Part shown: positions 58,361-64,000 of the stretch, piece after piece
Layout: each line of letters begins with the position of its first letter
Position numbering within the stretch: position 1 is the stretch's first letter
IMG/VR virus record: IMGVR_UViG_3300025770_001492
Span: 181,523 to 245,522 of that record
Direction: 5' to 3' (one strand)
DNA: 64,000 bases
The notes under the pieces: model-generated
The model's database searches: none
Seen by the model: only the letters and a program-made list of their open reading frames with translations
Told to the model about the DNA's origin: nothing
Translations under genes and position numbers: made by a program

Positions 58361-59959
58361 TTAAACCTCTACTTTTCCACCCTCTGGAGATGTTGGACTG
58401 ATTTTTTTTAAATTTTCAATCTGGTCTAAAGCATTCTGTCTTTCTTGCGATAATCCGAATGATGCATCGCCTCCCTTGGACTCAACCTCAAACAAGCCTG
58501 ATTCAACTGGTGTTGGAATTGTTCCAACTATGGTATTTAGTTTTGTTAAGTTTTTATTCAATGCATCGTTGAAATTTAAAAGCCCATTATCCGAGTTTTC
58601 TGTTATGGCAAATAAACTTCCTTCTGATGGTATGGGGCTTATTTCTCTGATTTTTTTAATTTCAGATAATGCTATTTCTGCCGCTTGGTCTAGATCAATT
58701 ATTTCTTCTTCTTCAGATATGGCATATATCGAACCTTGTGCAGGAACAGGAATTATGTTCCTTAAGGCTTCTGCATTTCTTTTAGATATTTCTGCGAATT
58801 GTGCGAGTATGTTTCCAAAATCAGATGAAAGAACTGGAATTTCAAATACATCACCCTCAGAGGTTTGACCCGTTTGGTTTTTGAGTTTGTTGTATATTCT
58901 TAAAGACTCTTTGTATATTTTGTTATACAATGTACGTTGTCTGGCATTGTAGGCAGAAATGTGATATGCCTGATCTTCTCTGTACACAGTTCCAAGAGTG
59001 GAGAGGTCTCCAAAAACAGGTGAAGGACCTGTTACATAATAGTTATCTACTCCATCGTAGTAGATGGCCTTGATTTCTTGGAATGGTATTTTATCTCCTA
59101 TTTCAAATGTGCTTTCCCATATTCTTCCAAGGAATCTAAATGTAGCGTCAACGGATGCAATTCCGCTTAAGATCAATCCTCCGCTAGATTCGTAAGAATA
59201 GAATTGTGCAGAAACCCGAACGTCAGACTCCCCAGAAACATCAATGCCGCCTGTGGCCTCATAGCTATACTCAGAAAGAGCCACTTCTACTTCGGCTTGT
59301 CCTTCAATTAATATTGGAACAGATGCATCGGCTTCATAGATGAATTCCGGTCCTACTACGAATGTAGCATCGGCTTCTCCGCTAACTATGACCCCGCCTC
59401 CAGCCACAGACTCAAAGTTGAACGTGAGTGCAGTCTGAGACTCACCTCCGAGTATTACTCCGCCCTCTCCTGTGAACGCTAGTGCGGCTATTTCAAACGT
59501 TTGAGAAAGTATGCCGGATTCGAAAAACAGAGCCTCTCCGCTTACTATGGAGCTTACATCTGCGAAGTAAAACCCTCCATTGGACTCAAAAAGGTTTCCA
59601 GATTGTAAAACCGATCCACTTAAAGTGTATATTTCGTATGGCTGGACTATTCTAGTCCTGTATTTGGGGTCTACATAGAATACTTTCTGATCAGGATTTC
59701 CTACCCTCATAACATACGGGGCAGTACTTTCTCCTTCTACAGAGGCTTTTACAAGTAGATAGATGTCTTTATCTGGGGTTGTGATATCAAGATAATAAAT
59801 TCCCTTATCGCCTATCTCCCCGTCAGCAACAATATTAGACTCTAATTGCGCACCAGTATCATCCCATATGTTAAAAATAACATTTCTATCGCTTAGTAGG
59901 TTGTCTGACTTGTAGTAGATTCTGACAACCGTGCTTTTGTTGACTAATTTGATGCTCAC
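58361..59959 (-). CDS. Probable virion structural protein with internal repeats
   Basis: TATAAATA 4 nt upstream of GTG; GG-x-x-SG repeats; C-terminal repeats of about 36 aa. Confidence 0.6.
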   Translation of the reverse strand: MSIKLVNKSTVVRIYYKSDNLLSDRNVIFNIWDDTGAQLESNIVADGEIGDKGIYYLDITTPDKDIYLLVKASVEGESTAPYVMRVGNPDQKVFYVDPKYRTRIVQPYEIYTLSGSVLQSGNLFESNGGFYFADVSSIVSGEALFFESGILSQTFEIAALAFTGEGGVILGGESQTALTFNFESVAGGGVIVSGEADATFVVGPEFIYEADASVPILIEGQAEVEVALSEYSYEATGGIDVSGESDVRVSAQFYSYESSGGLILSGIASVDATFRFLGRIWESTFEIGDKIPFQEIKAIYYDGVDNYYVTGPSPVFGDLSTLGTVYREDQAYHISAYNARQRTLYNKIYKESLRIYNKLKNQTGQTSEGDVFEIPVLSSDFGNILAQFAEISKRNAEALRNIIPVPAQGSIYAISEEEEIIDLDQAAEIALSEIKKIREISPIPSEGSLFAITENSDNGLLNFNDALNKNLTKLNTIVGTIPTPVESGLFEVESKGGDASFGLSQERQNALDQIENLKKISPTSPEGGKVEV

Positions 59960-59980
59960 ATTGTATTTATAGCTTTTGCA

Positions 59981-60454
59981 TCAAATACATATCTGATCAT
60001 TTGAAACATATGGATATATTTCAAAAAACCAAGGCTTCAGCAGTCCTGTTACATTTGCTGAATAAAAGCCTGCGATGATTGGAGTCATGTCCCCAGACGC
60101 CAGAATGATAGGAACATCGTCATAGACTTCATATTCTAAAACAATATTTGACTTGAATTTTTTATCTATATAAAATACTTTTTCTTGAGCCGGATTTCCA
60201 ACTTTTACTACTGTTCCCCTTGCGCCGGACCCAAAAGTTGTTTCTCCTTTTACCAAAAGGTATCCATCGTAGTCTGGGACATTAAAAGTTAAATAATAGA
60301 CTCCTTGAGAATTTATCTCTGATGTAGCAAGCTGGTCAGACGCTAATTGATTCCCAGAATCATTCCATATGTTAAATTTAACTAGCTCTCCAGAATTTAA
60401 GTCATCTGCTTTATAGTAGAAATTATTTTGTATATTTTTCTCTATGCATTTCAT
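59981..60454 (-). CDS. Paralog of the N-terminal domain of the 58361..59959 protein
   Basis: YYKADDL..FNIWNDSG..QGVYYL vs YYKSDNL..FNIWDDTG..KGIYYL. Confidence 0.7.
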   Translation of the reverse strand: MKCIEKNIQNNFYYKADDLNSGELVKFNIWNDSGNQLASDQLATSEINSQGVYYLTFNVPDYDGYLLVKGETTFGSGARGTVVKVGNPAQEKVFYIDKKFKSNIVLEYEVYDDVPIILASGDMTPIIAGFYSANVTGLLKPWFFEIYPYVSNDQICI

Positions 60455-61767
60455 TATACATCCTTGTTTAACAAATTATTATTGACTTTCCCCGAATGCC
60501 CCATCAGTTCTGAAAGATCATTTAAAACATCTTGTATTTTTAAAGACTTAAAAAGGTTTTTACTGTGTTCAATTTTTTCACTAGCGTCTGGGTCGTGTAC
60601 TTCAACCTTATGACAGTCTTTGAGGATTCCATTTTCCTCTAGCAGCACTCCTTTTACAAACGGGTAGTTTTCGCATCTTTTAGAAGGATCTATTGTGCTA
60701 AATATGGCTACCGTAGGGGTTGAAAAAGCATCTGCTAAATGGTAGGCGCAGGTGTCTACTGTAATAGCCGCATCAACCTCAGATATGATGCTTGCAAAGT
60801 CGTCTAGATCGCTGGAATATTGGTTTAGATTTAAAAATCTTTCATGTTCAAAATCCAATCCAGTCGCTGACACTACAAAGAAATTCGAATTTTCTAAAAT
60901 TTCTTCAATATGTTTTTTTGCTAAAGAGTTGGGGATGCTCCTTAATGGCGTGGTTGACAAATTGTGATATAGCAGTATCGGGTTGTCCGGCGACCGGCCT
61001 GATTCATCGACAGGATTGGATTTTTTCCTTACTATATTCATCAATGATCTTATTTTCTTCTTTGATTGATCATTTGGTTTGTAAATAATTCTTTTTTTGT
61101 CTTTGTCTATATTCAAAGATTTGATGGACAAAACTTCTTCGAAAAAGCTCATTAAAGGTTGTTTATCAAAACTTTCATATAATAAAAATCCCCCTAAATC
61201 GAACAAAACATCGTGCGAAAGTAAAACGTCTAAACTGGATGGCATTATAAATACATTTTGCCAAACCCCTTTCCATTGTTCTGTAATCTGCCTCAATTTG
61301 TATGGACTTAGTTGAAATAAATTTATAGTTATTTTGTCATCTGGAATGTGTTTTGACAGTTCTTCTCTGAAGTTTCTTAAAGCAATCATTCCTATCATAT
61401 GATCACCAATTGCATTCGACATTGCGTTTGTTATTGCAATTGATATTTCTCCTTCTTCAATATACTTTTTAAACGTTTCCTCAAATGGTTTTTTGCTAAA
61501 TCCCAATCTTTCGGGGAAGTTGGGTATTCTTTCGATATCCTTGGCAAGTATAGGCTGGAACGACGGGTTTTTACCAGTTTTAATTAAGTTGTTTTTATGA
61601 TTTGTGAAATCATTTGAAGTAGAAAAGTAGGTTTTGTTAAATGAAATCCTACCAGATTTCCGATCCTCTTCGGTAATTGAAGAGAAAGAGTACCTAGTTG
61701 GGTTCGATCCGCTATATCCAATAGGATCAGTTAGGACATCCTCAGTACAATACCAAAATGTTAACAT
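60454..61767 (-). CDS. GT9 (heptosyltransferase-like) glycosyltransferase
   Basis: NAIGDHMI, TPLRSIP, FASIISEVDAAITVDTCAYHLADAFSTPTVAIF. Confidence 0.82.
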   Translation of the reverse strand: MLTFWYCTEDVLTDPIGYSGSNPTRYSFSSITEEDRKSGRISFNKTYFSTSNDFTNHKNNLIKTGKNPSFQPILAKDIERIPNFPERLGFSKKPFEETFKKYIEEGEISIAITNAMSNAIGDHMIGMIALRNFREELSKHIPDDKITINLFQLSPYKLRQITEQWKGVWQNVFIMPSSLDVLLSHDVLFDLGGFLLYESFDKQPLMSFFEEVLSIKSLNIDKDKKRIIYKPNDQSKKKIRSLMNIVRKKSNPVDESGRSPDNPILLYHNLSTTPLRSIPNSLAKKHIEEILENSNFFVVSATGLDFEHERFLNLNQYSSDLDDFASIISEVDAAITVDTCAYHLADAFSTPTVAIFSTIDPSKRCENYPFVKGVLLEENGILKDCHKVEVHDPDASEKIEHSKNLFKSLKIQDVLNDLSELMGHSGKVNNNLLNKDV

Positions 61768-62498
61768 TGCATTTCCTTGGGTTTTAATTCTATTTCATAT
61801 TCAAACTTGCTCATTAATTCAATATCTAAATGAGAGTTTACGTAGCCCAACATTTCTGGGGTGTAGTATTTTAAATACTCTTTATCTGTATAGTATTTCA
61901 ATTTGTCCCATGGGTTGTTAGAGACTTGAACTTCTTCTCCTGATGGCACGAATTCATTTGAACAATTTGAAAATGTTAGATTATTGCTCGAAGGCATAAT
62001 TTCAAATTCATTTGATAGACCTAGCATTACATTTTCAAATTGAGACAATAAAGCTTCATAAGTTAAAAGACAAATTTTCTTATCTTGCGACACTATTGAG
62101 TGATAATGATAGTTCATGTTATTCCAATATTGTATTGGATTTTCTGCTCTGAAAAGGAATGGGACTCCTTTCTGTTTTTCAAATATTGCACGACTTTTTA
62201 TGAAGTCTTCAAAAGACACGTCTTTAAGATTTGGGCCTATATTTTTTTTTCTATTTGGCCCCCAATATTCGTAAACGCTTCTCAGCCACGCATATGGATT
62301 TTTTACCATGCATACGCAATGAACTTCCCGACCTAGGCAAAATGGAACATTGTACGTTCCATGTTTCCACCCACCAGCATTTACTAAAACTTTTATGTTT
62401 TGAAAGTTTGTGTTCAACAGGTGGGTTATGTAGTTTGTGCCTGATCTTTGAAGGCCATATATCTTTATTAACTCAGGACTTTCTTCTTTTATGGTCAT
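61761..62498 (-). CDS. Sulfotransferase-like protein
   Basis: IYGLQRSGTNY, WKHG, VKNPYAWLRS, LTYEALL. Confidence 0.72.
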   Translation of the reverse strand: MTIKEESPELIKIYGLQRSGTNYITHLLNTNFQNIKVLVNAGGWKHGTYNVPFCLGREVHCVCMVKNPYAWLRSVYEYWGPNRKKNIGPNLKDVSFEDFIKSRAIFEKQKGVPFLFRAENPIQYWNNMNYHYHSIVSQDKKICLLTYEALLSQFENVMLGLSNEFEIMPSSNNLTFSNCSNEFVPSGEEVQVSNNPWDKLKYYTDKEYLKYYTPEMLGYVNSHLDIELMSKFEYEIELKPKEMQC

Positions 62499-62513
62499 AT
62501 TAAGTTCCTGTTT

Positions 62514-62539
62514 ACTAACTAACTAACTAACTAACTAAC
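62514..62539. repeat. Intergenic (AACT)6.5 microsatellite
   Basis: actaactaactaactaactaactaac. Confidence 0.9.
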
Positions 62540-62545
62540 ATAGTA

Positions 62546-62968
62546 TTAAACAAATATACTTGCATTGTTTTCGTCAAGATTGGGTTTCTCAACCAGCGTA
62601 GATCTTTGAATAGTAACCAGTTGAGCACCACCTGCTAGTACGAAAGGGCTAGTGCCATCATCGGCAAATAAGTTTCCAACGAAGTTTACCCCATGGTCGA
62701 TGTAGATTTTCCAGTCGTTAATTGTGAAAAAAGTTCTTCCCAGAGCGTCTCCTCCTGGCAAAGGGTCTCCACCAACCGAACGCATAGCGGCAACCCATTT
62801 TAGATAGTCTCTTTGTTGTGACCACTCTTTCCAAGCACTGTAGATGTCTACGGCAACATCTATTTCATCTTCATTGCTATTTATGATAATTAGCTTATTG
62901 TAGCCATCAAAGGTGACTTTATGATAAAGCTGCCAAAGGTCATCGCCCCAGATCTGCCACAACAACAT
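62546..62968 (-). CDS. Hypothetical, probable tail-associated protein
   Basis: VTFDGYNKLI, DIYSAWKEW, VGGDPLPGG; start coupled to the upstream stop. Confidence 0.55.
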   Translation of the reverse strand: MLLWQIWGDDLWQLYHKVTFDGYNKLIIINSNEDEIDVAVDIYSAWKEWSQQRDYLKWVAAMRSVGGDPLPGGDALGRTFFTINDWKIYIDHGVNFVGNLFADDGTSPFVLAGGAQLVTIQRSTLVEKPNLDENNASIFV

Positions 62969-64000
62969 TAGATATGTTCCTTCCAACCGATGGTTGAGGC
63001 AATGCTTATAGATTTCTTTTCTGTGTTTTGCAACTGTATGGTTAAAACTTGATTTTGTTGCATGTTTTGAAAATGAGTATTGTTGAAAGCAATATCAACA
63101 TCGTCGGACTGGTCTCCACCAAAGCTCCAGTCTGCCCATTCGCCATAGTGCGACTTCCACCACCATCCATGTCCCCAAGCAACAGAGGCGACAAATACAG
63201 CAGAAGAGCCTGTGGTGCTAGAAAACCCAACACCGTTGGCTTTATGTCCAACTACAGAACTGCTAAACTTGCCATTGTAAGATCCATAGTTAGCATTTGA
63301 CGAACCATCTACCTCTGTACCATGCCCAGCCGATGTGGGTGCTATTCTAACTCTGGTGATCACTCCTGCGTTCACTTCACACACTTCAAGAACGGCCTCT
63401 CTGTGGTTTGCAATCCCTCCATCTAGTTCTAAGATATCACCCACTGTATATCCGGTTCCACCAGAACCAATTGTAATAAGTTCTCCTATTTGGAATCCGG
63501 TCATTCCATCGCTCCACTCTGTGTTACTGACGTTAGCGTTGTGCGGTCTCCAGACAGCATCTGCAACATGAGAACTTTTTCTTATTCTCAACAAAGCAGG
63601 ACCAGCAGCCAGACCAACAATCTTGTGATTGAGAACCCCGGCAGCAATGTTGATTTCTGTTCCTTCAAGTGCATCCATATAGGTTGAAGCAAGTTTTATA
63701 TCATTGTCGTCAACAACAATTGCATAGTAAATTCCATAGTCAGTTAGTCCGCTTAAAGCAGTGTTTCCATTTGCTCGATAAAATACAGGTGTCCCCGTTG
63801 TTAAGCCATGATTGGTAATGGTTATTTGCTCAGTGCCAGCATCAACATCGGCAGAGGCGTCAAAAGTTCTATCAATTCTATCGTCTAAGTTGGAAACCTG
63901 AATAGATTCTAACTGCGTGTAAGATCTGTTGACATCTGCTATCGGACCTCTGGCGGCCATAGCTTTTACTCCCATTATTGGTATCTCACCGGCTGTGGCA
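62968..64000 (-). CDS. Partial tail-fibre/baseplate-like protein (start lies beyond the right edge)
   Basis: Frame open to position 64000; ITITNHGLTTGTPVFY and GSGGTGYTVGD motifs typical of phage fibre proteins. Confidence 0.6.
   Translation of the reverse strand, partial: ATAGEIPIMGVKAMAARGPIADVNRSYTQLESIQVSNLDDRIDRTFDASADVDAGTEQITITNHGLTTGTPVFYRANGNTALSGLTDYGIYYAIVVDDNDIKLASTYMDALEGTEINIAAGVLNHKIVGLAAGPALLRIRKSSHVADAVWRPHNANVSNTEWSDGMTGFQIGELITIGSGGTGYTVGDILELDGGIANHREAVLEVCEVNAGVITRVRIAPTSAGHGTEVDGSSNANYGSYNGKFSSSVVGHKANGVGFSSTTGSSAVFVASVAWGHGWWWKSHYGEWADWSFGGDQSDDVDIAFNNTHFQNMQQNQVLTIQLQNTEKKSISIASTIGWKEHI

Overview
This window is part of a large, AT-rich, T4-like (myovirus/jumbo) phage genome. 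It holds a T4-type neck/tail module (gp13, gp14, gp15, sheath, two tail-tube paralogs, gp26-like chaperone), replication and nucleotide genes (Mre11/Rad50 pair, class II RNR with a Gln-ending LAGLIDADG intein, CTP synthase, resolvase, Prim-Pol) and a gp55-like late sigma factor. A large set of glycan enzymes is dispersed through it (RmlA, HldD, Glf, about 6 GTs, 2 sulfotransferases, TylF methyltransferase), along with host-manipulation candidates (McsA-like, PAS-only, amidoligase/GATase, proteases). Main finds: (1) about 12 unrelated proteins share an N-terminal M-x-F-[KR]-x-[FW]-[IL]-x-E motif resembling the T4 capsid-targeting sequence, suggesting a packaged and injected enzyme cargo that includes a nucleotidyltransferase, a Nudix hydrolase and an HExxH protease; (2) a canonical T TTT TTC -1 slippery site fuses the gp26-like chaperone to an unannotated downstream ORF; (3) an Ntn amidotransferase can only start at ATT; (4) TA[T/A/G]ATA promoter boxes sit 4-8 nt before start codons, including a palindromic one shared by two divergent genes. 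All family calls come from motif recognition by eye; no searches were run.
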